From Chloroflexota bacterium (GTDB lineage: Bacteria; Chloroflexota; Anaerolineae; Anaerolineales; Anaerolineaceae): a stretch of DNA of 64,000 bases. Below, in pieces: positions 37,693-46,570 of the stretch. Positions within the stretch are counted from its first letter, which is position 1. Each line of letters begins with the position of its first letter. The notes below the pieces were generated by a model. That model was given only the letters and a program-made list of their open reading frames with translations, was not told the DNA's origin and did not search any database. Location of the stretch: assembly GCA_012517865.1 (NCBI GenBank), contig JAAYUC010000044.1:673-64672 (forward strand). The letters are read 5' to 3'. The translations under genes were made by a program, and so were the position numbers.

Positions 37693-38289
37693 GTGGATCA
37701 TTACACCAGTCAGGCTTCGCCTGAAACAAACGGACCAGAACCCGCCCCGGATATAAAACGTGGGTCAGGCTTTTGGATTGATACGCTAGAGACAATTCTC
37801 ATGGCGCTGGTGCTTTTTTTGGCCATCAACGCGGTCAGCTCGCGCGTCCGGGTGGAAAACATCAGCATGAAGCCCACCTTGCAGCCCGGCTACCTGCTGG
37901 TGGTGAACAAGCTGGCTTACAAATTGGGGGAGCCAAAGCACGGCGATATCATTGTCTTTGACTATAACGGAGAAGGCCAGGAAGACTACATCAAACGGAT
38001 AATCGGCTTGCCCGGAGACCAGGTAGTCATAGAGAACGGCATCGTCAGCGTCAATGGGCACCCGCTCACGGAACCCTATATTGCCGAATTTCCGCGCTAT
38101 TCCGGCAGCTGGAGCGTTCCGCCGGATTCCTACTTTGTGTTGGGGGATAACCGCAACAACTCCTCCGATTCCCATCAGTGGGGCTACGTGAAGAAGGAAG
38201 ATGTGATTGGAAAGGCCGTATTTGTGTACTTTCCTCTTAGCGCCATGCGCTCTCTGGTCATCCCGGATTTGGTGCAGGCCGCCAATTGA
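37693..38289 (+). CDS. lepB: Signal peptidase I
   Basis: SMKPTL (catalytic Ser), GDIIVF, KRIIGLPGD and GDNRNNSSDSH. The ORF-track ORF begins inside der. I prefer the in-frame GTG at 37693, downstream of TATAAT (37657-37662), but this start is uncertain. Confidence 0.75.
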   Translation: MDHYTSQASPETNGPEPAPDIKRGSGFWIDTLETILMALVLFLAINAVSSRVRVENISMKPTLQPGYLLVVNKLAYKLGEPKHGDIIVFDYNGEGQEDYIKRIIGLPGDQVVIENGIVSVNGHPLTEPYIAEFPRYSGSWSVPPDSYFVLGDNRNNSSDSHQWGYVKKEDVIGKAVFVYFPLSAMRSLVIPDLVQAAN

Positions 38290-38366
38290 CGCCGGACCCG
38301 GTCAGACAGCCTTTTTTCCTGAAATATTTCAAACACAACGAAAAATAAAGCGTATAATCAACCCGT

Positions 38367-38657
38367 ATGAAATCATTACTGCCAACAAACCCCGAGACCT
38401 GCCCGCGCTGCATGGTGGGACGAATCAAGCGGAAGCTCATTCCGTACTCATTGGTCGTTGACGGCCAGCTCTTAAGCGTGCCGCGCTTCCCGGCCTGGGT
38501 GTGCGATGTGTGCCACGCCTACATGTTCGACCCGGCCGCCTTAAGCCGCCTCGAAGCCTCACTTAGCGCCCGTCAGGAAACTAAAAAGGCGCCGCGGACG
38601 CACCGCGCTTCCCCTCCCGCCTCCCCTGCCGCGGATAAACCTCTGGAAAGTTTTTAA
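38367..38657 (+). CDS. YgiT/MqsA-type zinc-ribbon protein (no HTH domain)
   Basis: CPRC...(27 aa)...CDVC, followed by a Pro/Ala-rich tail. TATAAT (38353-38358) lies 8 nt upstream of the ATG. Confidence 0.55.
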   Translation: MKSLLPTNPETCPRCMVGRIKRKLIPYSLVVDGQLLSVPRFPAWVCDVCHAYMFDPAALSRLEASLSARQETKKAPRTHRASPPASPAADKPLESF

Positions 38658-38734
38658 CCTGATTAAAGCAAGGGGGCTGCCGCGGCATTTAACCAGCAGT
38701 TCTCTATGAGTTGCGTAAGAAAATACCTTTTTTG

Positions 38735-38763
38735 TTGACTTAGCACCCCGAGAGTGCTATTAT
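38735..38763 (+). promoter_or_regulatory. Promoter TTGACT-17-TATTAT with an embedded CIRCE-like palindrome
   Basis: TTGACT at 38735-38740 and TATTAT at 38758-38763. TTAGCAC (38740-38746) and GAGTGCTAT (38752-38760) form an inverted repeat inside the spacer. Confidence 0.55.
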
Positions 38764-38821
38764 CTTGTTACAGAACTTATACATCTTATTCATTCTGTAC
38801 CTTAATAATGGAGGTTTGTGT

Positions 38822-39898
38822 ATGAACGCGGTCTTATTATCACGGATTATTGGCGCTGTCATTTTTGGAATTATTGGCTTCTTTTCCGGCACACCGATTC
38901 ATAATTACCTGATTTCCTTTTGGGCAACCTATCCGTTAACAAACGGTATTACGGTTGTTATTTGCATCATTCTCTTCATGCTGATTGGGTACATCATCAG
39001 TCCCTGGATCAGTGTAAAACCTGTTGAGGCTCTCAGTAAAAGCCTGGGCAAATCTTCCCCGCAGGCGCTCTTCAGCGGTCTGATTGGTTTAATTATCAGC
39101 CTGATCATCTCCGCGCTGCTGGCATACCCCGTCTCTCTTCTTCCGAAGCCGTTCGGGCAAATCATGCCGCTGGCGGTGGTGGTGGTCTTTGGATATCTCG
39201 GACTGACCCTCTTTTACAGCCGCAGCCAGGAATTTCTAGGCCTTTTCCGCTCCTTCTCGAACAAAATATCCGCCAAAGGCTCACGCACGCAGATTGATGG
39301 AGAGCATTGGGTTTTGGTAGATACCAGCGCAATCATTGACGGCCGCATCGCGGACATTGCCAAAACCGGTTTTCTGCCCGGCACGCTCATCGTACCCCGC
39401 TTTGTGTTGAACGAACTGCAATACGTCTCCGACTCCGCGGACTCCATGCGCAGGCAGCGCGGCCGGCGCGGGATGGACGTGCTGACTGAGCTTCAGAACG
39501 ACGATAAAACCTCAGTCATCATCAGCGATATCGACGTGGAAGGCGTCCGCGAAGTGGACGACCGCCTGGTGGTTCTGGCGCGCCAGATGCGCTGCCCAAT
39601 CCTCACGAATGACTATAATCTGAACCGCATCGCCGAACTGCAGGGTGTCAGGGTCTTGAATATCAATGACCTTGCCAACGCGGTGAAGGTAATCCTGCTG
39701 CCTGGAGAGAGCTTCAATGTCCGCGTCATCCAGGAAGGCAAGGAATCCAATCAAGGCGTCGGTTACATGGACGACGGCACGATGGTGGTGGTGGAGAACG
39801 GCCAGCGCTATCTCAATAAAGAAATTACTGTCATCGTGACAAAAATCCTGCAGACCTCAGCCGGGCGCATGATTTTTGCCAAACGTGAAGTTGAATAA
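38822..39898 (+). CDS. Membrane-anchored PIN/TRAM-domain protein (YacL-like)
   Basis: About four N-terminal TM helices. PIN domain: [16 protein letters not shown]...PRFVLNELQ...[14 protein letters not shown] domain: [33 protein letters not shown]. The ATG at 38822 has GGAGG upstream. Confidence 0.85.
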   Translation: MNAVLLSRIIGAVIFGIIGFFSGTPIHNYLISFWATYPLTNGITVVICIILFMLIGYIISPWISVKPVEALSKSLGKSSPQALFSGLIGLIISLIISALLAYPVSLLPKPFGQIMPLAVVVVFGYLGLTLFYSRSQEFLGLFRSFSNKISAKGSRTQIDGEHWVLVDTSAIIDGRIADIAKTGFLPGTLIVPRFVLNELQYVSDSADSMRRQRGRRGMDVLTELQNDDKTSVIISDIDVEGVREVDDRLVVLARQMRCPILTNDYNLNRIAELQGVRVLNINDLANAVKVILLPGESFNVRVIQEGKESNQGVGYMDDGTMVVVENGQRYLNKEITVIVTKILQTSAGRMIFAKREVE

Positions 39899-39914
39899 AA
39901 CTGGTAGGGTTGCC

Positions 39915-41315
39915 ATGGCTCTTAAAATATACAACACGCTGACCCGCGAGAAAGAAGATTTCCGCACGCTGGAACCTGGAAAAGTCCGCATGTACGTCTG
40001 CGGGCCAACCGTGTACGACCGCGCCCATATTGGCCATGCCATGTCCGCGCTCGTGTTTGATATCGTCCGCCGCTATCTGGAATATTCCGGCTACGAAGTG
40101 CGCTTCGTGATGAATTTTACGGACGTGGATGATAAAATCATCGACCGCGCCAGACAATCCGGGGCGGATCCGTTCCAACTCGCCCAGGGTTACATAGAAG
40201 ACTACAAGCGCAATCTGGAGGCTTTGAACATCAAACCCGCCAGCGTCAACCCGCGCGCCACGCAGGAGATGCCCCACATTCTGGAAATGATTCAGGCGTT
40301 GGTGCGGCAGGGCTCCGCGTATGTGGTAGACGGCGATGTTTACTACCGCGTCGATTCCGACCCGGAATACGGCAAGCTTTCGGGCCGCCGCCTGGAGAGT
40401 ATGAATGCCGGCGCGCGCATCCAGGTGGACGACCGCAAAGAACACCCAATGGACTTCGCGCTCTGGAAAGCCGCCAAGGAAGGCGAGCCCGCTTGGGACA
40501 GCCCCTGGGGCAAAGGACGTCCGGGATGGCACATCGAGTGCTCCGCGATGAATATGCATCATTTGGGAGAGCAGATTGATATTCACGGCGGTGGAAACGA
40601 CCTGATTTTCCCGCATCACGAGAATGAAATCGCGCAGACCGAAGCGCTGACCCATAAACCATTCGCCACCTATTGGATGCACAACGGCATGCTGACTCTC
40701 AAGAGTGAGAAGATGTCCAAATCGTTGGGCAACATGGTTCTCATTGACGAATTCCTGGCGGAACATCCCGGTGACGTCATGCGCCTTCTGGTGCTGAATG
40801 GTTCCTACCGCAGCCCGCTCACCTATAACGATGAAGTGTTGGCGCAGACCGAACAGGCTTACAAGCGTCTTCTCACCGCAAAAAAGGCCGCGGACCCAAA
40901 CGCACCCGGCATTGACCCTGCCCGGGCGGAGGCGCTGCAAGCTGACGCGGAAAAGACCCGCGCGCAGTTTAAAGAAGCCATGGATGATGACTTTAACACG
41001 TCTGCCGCGCTGGCCGCTCTGTTTGAACTCGTCAGAGCCATCAATCAAGCCCGTTCCGAAGGCGCGACCCAGGCGCAGCTGGCGCCTGCCCTGCAGGTCT
41101 TCGACGAACTGACCGGCGTGCTCGGCCTGCGCCTGAACGAAGCAGCAGATGGAAAAACGCCGGCCGACGCGTTCATCGACCTCCTGGTAGCGCTGCGCAC
41201 GGAACTGCGCGCGCAAAAGCAGTGGGCACTGGCTGATAAAATCCGCGTGGAACTGAAAGCCCTCGGGGTGGTTTTGGAAGACAGCAAAACCGGAACGACC
41301 TGGTCCTGGGAGTAA
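39915..41315 (+). CDS. cysS: Cysteine--tRNA ligase
   Basis: [30 protein letters not shown] (HIGH motif) and KMSKSLGN. Confidence 0.95.
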   Translation: MALKIYNTLTREKEDFRTLEPGKVRMYVCGPTVYDRAHIGHAMSALVFDIVRRYLEYSGYEVRFVMNFTDVDDKIIDRARQSGADPFQLAQGYIEDYKRNLEALNIKPASVNPRATQEMPHILEMIQALVRQGSAYVVDGDVYYRVDSDPEYGKLSGRRLESMNAGARIQVDDRKEHPMDFALWKAAKEGEPAWDSPWGKGRPGWHIECSAMNMHHLGEQIDIHGGGNDLIFPHHENEIAQTEALTHKPFATYWMHNGMLTLKSEKMSKSLGNMVLIDEFLAEHPGDVMRLLVLNGSYRSPLTYNDEVLAQTEQAYKRLLTAKKAADPNAPGIDPARAEALQADAEKTRAQFKEAMDDDFNTSAALAALFELVRAINQARSEGATQAQLAPALQVFDELTGVLGLRLNEAADGKTPADAFIDLLVALRTELRAQKQWALADKIRVELKALGVVLEDSKTGTTWSWE

Positions 41316-41318
41316 ACT

Positions 41319-42056
41319 GTGCGCGAGTGGATCAGCGGGCGCAATCCGGTTTATGAAACCCTTCGGGCAAAAAGGCGGCATGTATTCCGCCTTGTCCTCG
41401 CGCGCGGCATCAAGCTGGAAGGGCAGCTGCCGGAAATTCTCAGGCTGGCGCGCCTGCGCGGCCTCGCGCCGGAAGAAGCCCCGCGCGATAAACTGGATGC
41501 CTTATCCAATCACCATCAGGGTGTCGCGTTGGAAGCCAGCGAATATCCCTACGCGGCGCTTGAAGATTTGATTCAGAACGCCAGAAACCAACCTGAACCG
41601 CCCTTCTTTTTGCTGCTTGACCTCATTCAGGATCCGCAGAATCTGGGAACGCTGCTGCGCACGGCCGAAGCGGTGGGAATTCACGGCGTGGTGATACCCT
41701 CAGCGCAGGCTGCCCAGGTCACGCCGACCGTGGTGCACGCCAGCTCCGGTGCCACGGAACACCTGCTGGTTGCGCAGCACAACCTCGCCCAGGCAATTGA
41801 CAGATTCAAGGCTCTGGATGTGTGGGTGTACGGTCTGGATGAGGCGCCCCGCTCCAGGACGCCTTCCGAGTTGAGGCTGGACGGCGGGGTCGCGCTGGTA
41901 GTTGGCAACGAAGGCTCCGGGCTGCGGGAATTAGTTCGGAAAAAATGTGATGAGCTGCTGCGTCTGCCCATGCGCGGAAAGATTGAATCGCTGAACGCCG
42001 CGGCGGCCGGTTCCATCGCGCTGTATCTTGCCCGTCAGGCCCGGGAGAGAGCCTGA
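41319..42056 (+). CDS. rlmB: 23S rRNA (guanosine-2'-O)-methyltransferase RlmB (SpoU/TrmH family)
   Basis: GRNPVYETL N-terminal domain. SPOUT motifs LDLIQDPQNLGTLLRTAEAVG, LVVGNEGSGL and ESLNAAAAGSIALY. Confidence 0.85.
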   Translation: MREWISGRNPVYETLRAKRRHVFRLVLARGIKLEGQLPEILRLARLRGLAPEEAPRDKLDALSNHHQGVALEASEYPYAALEDLIQNARNQPEPPFFLLLDLIQDPQNLGTLLRTAEAVGIHGVVIPSAQAAQVTPTVVHASSGATEHLLVAQHNLAQAIDRFKALDVWVYGLDEAPRSRTPSELRLDGGVALVVGNEGSGLRELVRKKCDELLRLPMRGKIESLNAAAAGSIALYLARQARERA

Positions 42057-42156
42057 AGCCCGGCGAGGTAAATTCCTCCGATTTAGAACCATTCGCGCAT
42101 TCGCCCGCGCGCTCGAAGCGCCTCTGGCGCGGCAATCCGTCTTTTTGCGTTTTGCG

Positions 42157-42346
42157 GTGCTCTGGTTAGTAATCGTTCCTTCTCGGCGCTGAGGGCAACT
42201 GGGTTTCGTCCTTGCGAGGGAGCGCAGCCACCGCGGCAGTCCGCCTTTTGACCTTATGCAGTGCTCTGGTTAGTAATCGTTCTTTCTCAGAGTTGAGGGC
42301 AGCAAGGATTTCGTCCTTGCGAGGGAGCGCAGCCACCGCGGCAGTC
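42157..42346. repeat. Intergenic direct repeat, two ~85-nt units with a 104-bp period
   Basis: Units at 42157-42241 and 42261-42346. Both begin GTGCTCTGGTTAGTAATCGTTC and end TTTCGTCCTTGCGAGGGAGCGCAGCCACCGCGGCAGTC. The middle ~30 nt has diverged. Confidence 0.85.
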
Positions 42347-42478
42347 TGGACTCGCGATTTGTCTCCGCGCTCAGATTGACACAGGTCAGCCGTGCCAAAG
42401 TCCGTCTGTCCGCGCGCCCGCCCCCGGTTAATGTCAAAGAGAATGCCCGGCCGCACGCACTGGCCGTCTGTCAAAAGC

Positions 42479-43012
42479 CTACAGCCAGACCAGCATCACC
42501 ACCCACAAAGCAATCATCACCAGCACAAGCGTGGCGCGGAGCAGCGTGGACCAGCCCCAGCTCAGCGCGACCGCTTTGGTCGCGGCCCAGGCTTCTTTTT
42601 GCTTCTTCCCCAAACGCTGATATTCCACCAGGAAAACGGTCAAAAGCGCCGCTGCCAACCCGCCCAATGGGGTGAGCAGGATGCCGCCGACAATCATCGC
42701 GAACCAGCTGAGTCCAATTTCCCACCAGGGAGAACCCTGTTTGTGTGCCTGCCCCGCCATCATCAGGTTGTCCAGAAACGACCCGAGCAGCATGAGCAGA
42801 GTGCTGACCACAAACAGCACGATGGTCAGCGTGAACTGCCAGGAGGCATGCCCGTAATTAAAGCGCGTGTAGATGGCCCAGATGAGCTGACCCACCCAGG
42901 CGACGGTTGGTCCCGGAAAGAAGACCAGCACCAGCCCAAACAATCCGATTAACTGGAACAGAGCGGAAATTACCAGAATTACCGTGCTGACCCAGGCGGG
43001 GGATATGTTCAT
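42479..43012 (-). CDS. Small integral membrane protein (DUF456-like, four TM)
   Basis: [35 protein letters not shown]... The ATG at 43012 overlaps the serS stop by 4 nt. Confidence 0.6.
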   Translation of the reverse strand: MNISPAWVSTVILVISALFQLIGLFGLVLVFFPGPTVAWVGQLIWAIYTRFNYGHASWQFTLTIVLFVVSTLLMLLGSFLDNLMMAGQAHKQGSPWWEIGLSWFAMIVGGILLTPLGGLAAALLTVFLVEYQRLGKKQKEAWAATKAVALSWGWSTLLRATLVLVMIALWVVMLVWL

Positions 43013-44280
43013 GCGCGGATGACTTCCAGACCGCCCATGAATGGCAGCAGCACTTCCGGCACGCGGATGCTGCCGTCTGCCTGTTGATAAGTTTCCATCA
43101 CCGCAATCAGCGTGCGCGGTAGACCAAGACCCGAGCCGTTCAGGGTGTGCAGGTATTTCGGCGCGGACCCATCGGCCGGGCGGTATTTGATATTCGCGCG
43201 GCGGGCCTGGAATTCGCCAATATTGGAAACCGAAGACACTTCCAGCCACTCCTGGCAGCCCGGCGCCCAGACCTCCAGGTCGTAGGTCTTGTGCGACCCA
43301 AAGCTCAGGTCGCCGGTGGACTGCAGCAACACGCGATAAGTGAGCCCCAACAGCTGGCAGGTTTCTTCAGCGTCTGCCACCATCTTCTCAAGTTGGGCGG
43401 GTGAATCGTTCGGCAGACAGTACTTGTACATTTCCACTTTATCGAACTGGTGCCCGCGTTTGATGCCGCGCACGTCGCGGCCGGCGCTCATCTTTTCGCG
43501 CCTGAAGCAGGCGGTGTAAGCAGTCAGGTTCAGCGGCAAGTCTGCTTCATCCAACACTTCACCCATCATCATGCCGGTCAGCGGCACTTCCGCGGTCGGG
43601 ACCATCCAAAAATCTTCTTCTGCGTCGTGGTAAAGATTATCCGCGAATTTGGGCAGCTGCCCCGAGGCAAACATCACCTCTTGGCGCACCATCCAGGGTG
43701 GATAAATTTCGCGGTAGCCCTGCCGGATATGCAAATCCAGCATCCAGAAAATCAGCGCGCGTTCAAGGCGCGCTCCGGCGCCTTCCAGCACATAAAATCG
43801 CGTTCCCGCCAGTTTTACGCCGGCTTCAAAATTAATCATCCCCAGGCGCGGACCCAAATCCCAATGCGCCAGCGGTTCAAAATCAAAAATAGGCTTCTCA
43901 CCAATCGTGCGGACGATGATATTGTCCTTGTCATCCACGCCAACAGGGATGTCAGGGTCCGGAATGTTGGGCACGCCTGCCACCGTCAGATGCAAAGCAG
44001 CTTCCACCGCCTTCAGCTTTTCATCCAGGGCGGCGATGCTGTCGCCCAGGTCGCGCATGGCGTTGATTTTCTCCTGGCGCGCGGCCGCGTCTTTCATCCT
44101 GCCAATTTCTTTGCTGACGGCGTTGCGTTCCGCTTTTTTGGCTTCCACTTCCAGGATCAGAGCGCGGCGCTGTTCGTCCTGCGCCAGAATCTGGTCCACA
44201 ACCGCCTCGTCCATGTGCCGTTTGCGCAGCGATTCGCGAATTATTTCCGGGTGTTCACGTATTAATTTTAGATCCAGCAT
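43009..44280 (-). CDS. serS: Serine--tRNA ligase
   Basis: [12 protein letters not shown], an N-terminal coiled-coil arm and class II motifs (FRRE...[28 protein letters not shown]). The ATG at 44280 has GGAG upstream. Confidence 0.95.
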   Translation of the reverse strand: MLDLKLIREHPEIIRESLRKRHMDEAVVDQILAQDEQRRALILEVEAKKAERNAVSKEIGRMKDAAARQEKINAMRDLGDSIAALDEKLKAVEAALHLTVAGVPNIPDPDIPVGVDDKDNIIVRTIGEKPIFDFEPLAHWDLGPRLGMINFEAGVKLAGTRFYVLEGAGARLERALIFWMLDLHIRQGYREIYPPWMVRQEVMFASGQLPKFADNLYHDAEEDFWMVPTAEVPLTGMMMGEVLDEADLPLNLTAYTACFRREKMSAGRDVRGIKRGHQFDKVEMYKYCLPNDSPAQLEKMVADAEETCQLLGLTYRVLLQSTGDLSFGSHKTYDLEVWAPGCQEWLEVSSVSNIGEFQARRANIKYRPADGSAPKYLHTLNGSGLGLPRTLIAVMETYQQADGSIRVPEVLLPFMGGLEVIRA

Positions 44281-44435
44281 TTTGATTCTCCTCGAGCGCC
44301 GGAAAGCATTACCAGCGTGCCTGTGGTATATTCTACCAACGGAACCGGCTGGATACCAGAGTCTGGCTGCAAAGCTCACAGGTGGGGTATCCCGCTGTGA
44401 GCACTTGACGCGCAAAACAGCTATAATATGCCATC

Positions 44436-45020
44436 ATGAAGAAATCAATCATCCTTTGCCTTTGCCTGATTACAGCCCTTTGTTTGGTCCCTCCCCTGGC
44501 GGCAGACGCGCGCGCGCCCAAAGCAGGCCATGCAGAACCGGCAGCGCTGAACCCACAGCAGGAAGCCACCAGTTCGTATGTGAACACTATCATCACCTCC
44601 ACCCCCAACCCGGACGGTTCAATTATCCATATCGTCAAAGAGGGTGAAACACTGTGGGCCATCGCCATGGCATACGGCCTGACCGGCGCCGAAATTATGG
44701 CTAACAGCGGCAACAGCCCGCTCGCCACCGATGTGTATGCCGGCCAAATCTTGATAATTCGTTTGGCCGACCCGGCTACCCCTACGCTGACACTGACACC
44801 GACCCCTACGCGCATCACTCCCCAGCCCACCTCGCCGCGGCCGTCCCTCACGCCGGTGCCCACCCACACGCCGCTGCCCACCCCGACGGAGACGCCTGTT
44901 CCCTCGCTCTTTTACCGTGTATTCGCGGACGGTAAAACCGTGGGCCTGGCTCTGGCAGGCATCAGCGCGGCAGGCATCCTGCTGGTGCTTGTTTTCGGAT
45001 TCCTGAAAAAAGAGCGCTAA
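44436..45020 (+). CDS. LysM-domain protein with a signal peptide, Pro/Thr linker and C-terminal TM anchor
   Basis: LysM domain: HIVKEGETLWAIAMAYGLTGAEIMANSG...YAGQILII. The linker is of TPTLTLTPTPT type. C-terminal helix: VGLALAGISAAGILLVLVFGFL. Confidence 0.8.
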   Translation: MKKSIILCLCLITALCLVPPLAADARAPKAGHAEPAALNPQQEATSSYVNTIITSTPNPDGSIIHIVKEGETLWAIAMAYGLTGAEIMANSGNSPLATDVYAGQILIIRLADPATPTLTLTPTPTRITPQPTSPRPSLTPVPTHTPLPTPTETPVPSLFYRVFADGKTVGLALAGISAAGILLVLVFGFLKKER

Positions 45021-45195
45021 ACCGCCCCGTTCCCTGACCGGCTGGTCCGTCCTGAACAGCAGTAGTCCTTTTCAGGAAATCTCGCGCTTTCTTGCGGACA
45101 GCGAAAACAAGAATACGCCTGCCTGCAGACTCATTTCAGCCAGAGCCCGCCGCGCCTTCATTCATCCCAGCCGCGAGAGAAAACCCGACCAGCGC

Positions 45196-45225
45196 TTGAC
45201 ATCCCAAAGTTCGCGGTGCTACAAT
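45196..45225 (+). promoter_or_regulatory. Near-consensus sigma-70 promoter (TTGACA-18-TACAAT)
   Basis: TTGACA at 45196-45201 and TACAAT at 45220-45225. Confidence 0.6.
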
Positions 45226-45243
45226 ATCTTACGAGAGGTATTA

Positions 45244-45336
45244 ATGAGCAATATCAGCCTGAACATGCTTTGCAGCGAATGCCAGCCTGCTGCCGGCGTT
45301 CCTGTTCAAGGCCGTATTGCGCCTGTTGGTCGTTAA
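45244..45336 (+). CDS. Candidate 30-codon mini-ORF or leader peptide (MSNISLNMLCSECQPAAGVPVQGRIAPVGR)
   Basis: GAGAGG (45233-45238) lies 5 nt before the ATG. The ORF sits between the promoter at 45196 and the terminator at 45359. It is too short for the ORF track, so I translated it by hand. Confidence 0.4.
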   Translation: MSNISLNMLCSECQPAAGVPVQGRIAPVGR

Positions 45337-45358
45337 TCCTCCCTGTTAGTTTAATGAC

Positions 45359-45394
45359 AACCACGGGCGTCTGCCGACCCCGTGGTTTTTTTTT
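45359..45394 (+). terminator. Strong intrinsic terminator (possible attenuator)
   Basis: CCACGGG (45361-45367) pairs with CCCGTGG (45379-45385), followed by nine T (45386-45394). Confidence 0.8.
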
Positions 45395-45483
45395 ATTCAC
45401 CCGTCCTTTCCTCGGTAAGCAGGCCCCTGGTCAGTCCAGTGTAATAGTTTTTTTGGTTTCAACACAAGGAAGGCAGAAGTATT

Positions 45484-46482
45484 ATGAACACAACAATCAA
45501 TTTACCAAATATCCCCAACGTTCCAGGCCTGCAATACCGCGGTTTTCGCGGTGAGGAGGATTTTCCCGCCATGGCTGAAATCTGGGACCAGATGCGCTTT
45601 GCGGGTTTGGTGGAAGGCTCGTATACAGCCGAAGACCTGTCCGTTGAGTTTCGCCATCTTTACAATTGCGACCCTTTCCAGGACATAATTTTTGCGGAAA
45701 TAAATGGAAAAGCTGTCGCCTGCGCGCGTTCCATCTGGCTGCAAGAAGGGGAACGAAAAATCTTTTACCAGTATTTCCATATAAACCCGGAAATTCAGGA
45801 CCTGGGCATTGATTTGCCGATGCAGGAATGGCTGGAAAACCGCCAGCAGGAAATTTCCCGAGCCATTCCGGGAGAGGACGAAAGAGTATATGTGCAGCAC
45901 TGCGCGCAGCACGACGCGCGCCGCGTCCAGGTTTTGGAAAGTTTCGGGTACAGCGCTGTGCGGTGGTTTTTCAGCATGTCCCGCGGCCTCGACGATATTC
46001 CGGAGGCGGAACTGCCGGAGGGCATCATCGTCCGGCCGGCCATGCCAGGGGAATACCACGACGTTTGGGCAGGCGCCAACGTTGCCTTCAGCGAACACTG
46101 GGGGTTTTCGGAACCGCGCGAGGAAGATTACCAATCCTGGCGGGAAAGCCGATGGTTTCAGCCAACGCTCTGGCAGGTTGCCTGGGACGGCGATAAACCC
46201 ATTGGTCAGGTGGAAAATCACATTGACAGCGTAGAGAACGAAAAGCTTGGCCGACTGCGCGGGTACACTGAAGGCATCAGTGTGCTCAAGCCCTACAGAG
46301 GAAAGGGCATTGCCCGCGCGCTAATCGCGCGCTCGCTGCGCATGCTCAAAGTGCTGAACTTGCAGGAAGCCGCCCTCACGGTGGATTCCGACAATGCCAC
46401 CGGCGCGCTGGGTCTCTATGAAAGCATGGGGTACCGCACTTACCGCACCATGGTGGAATATCGAAAAGCGCTGCCCGGATGA
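45484..46482 (+). CDS. Two-domain GNAT N-acetyltransferase (MshD-like architecture)
   Basis: 332 aa. C-terminal motif A is LKPYRGKGIARALIARSL. AAGGAAGG lies upstream. Confidence 0.8.
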   Translation: MNTTINLPNIPNVPGLQYRGFRGEEDFPAMAEIWDQMRFAGLVEGSYTAEDLSVEFRHLYNCDPFQDIIFAEINGKAVACARSIWLQEGERKIFYQYFHINPEIQDLGIDLPMQEWLENRQQEISRAIPGEDERVYVQHCAQHDARRVQVLESFGYSAVRWFFSMSRGLDDIPEAELPEGIIVRPAMPGEYHDVWAGANVAFSEHWGFSEPREEDYQSWRESRWFQPTLWQVAWDGDKPIGQVENHIDSVENEKLGRLRGYTEGISVLKPYRGKGIARALIARSLRMLKVLNLQEAALTVDSDNATGALGLYESMGYRTYRTMVEYRKALPG

Positions 46483-46570
46483 GCAGATTTATTGTGGTCT
46501 GCCTGTGCCTGAACCTGCCGGGACGGCCGCTAAGGCCAGGCAGACCCAAAGATGAGAATTGGAGTTATCC

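Noticed and set aside
42166-42474. 102-aa minus-strand ORF with a duplicated TAAVAALPRKDE segment.
   Set aside because: It is a product of the 104-bp direct repeat. There are no translation signals.
44281-44435. T-box riboswitch upstream of serS (also considered for gltX and cysS).
   Set aside because: The leaders are only about 50-120 nt. No specifier-loop/T-box (AANNNGGUGNNACCGCG-like) sequence is visible, and cysS starts within 20 nt of the preceding gene.
45216-45554. 112-aa ORF from the track covering the mini-gene region.
   Set aside because: It starts with a GTG inside the -10 hexamer. It reads straight through the T9 intrinsic terminator and into the next gene's start region. Its composition is Cys/Arg-rich junk.
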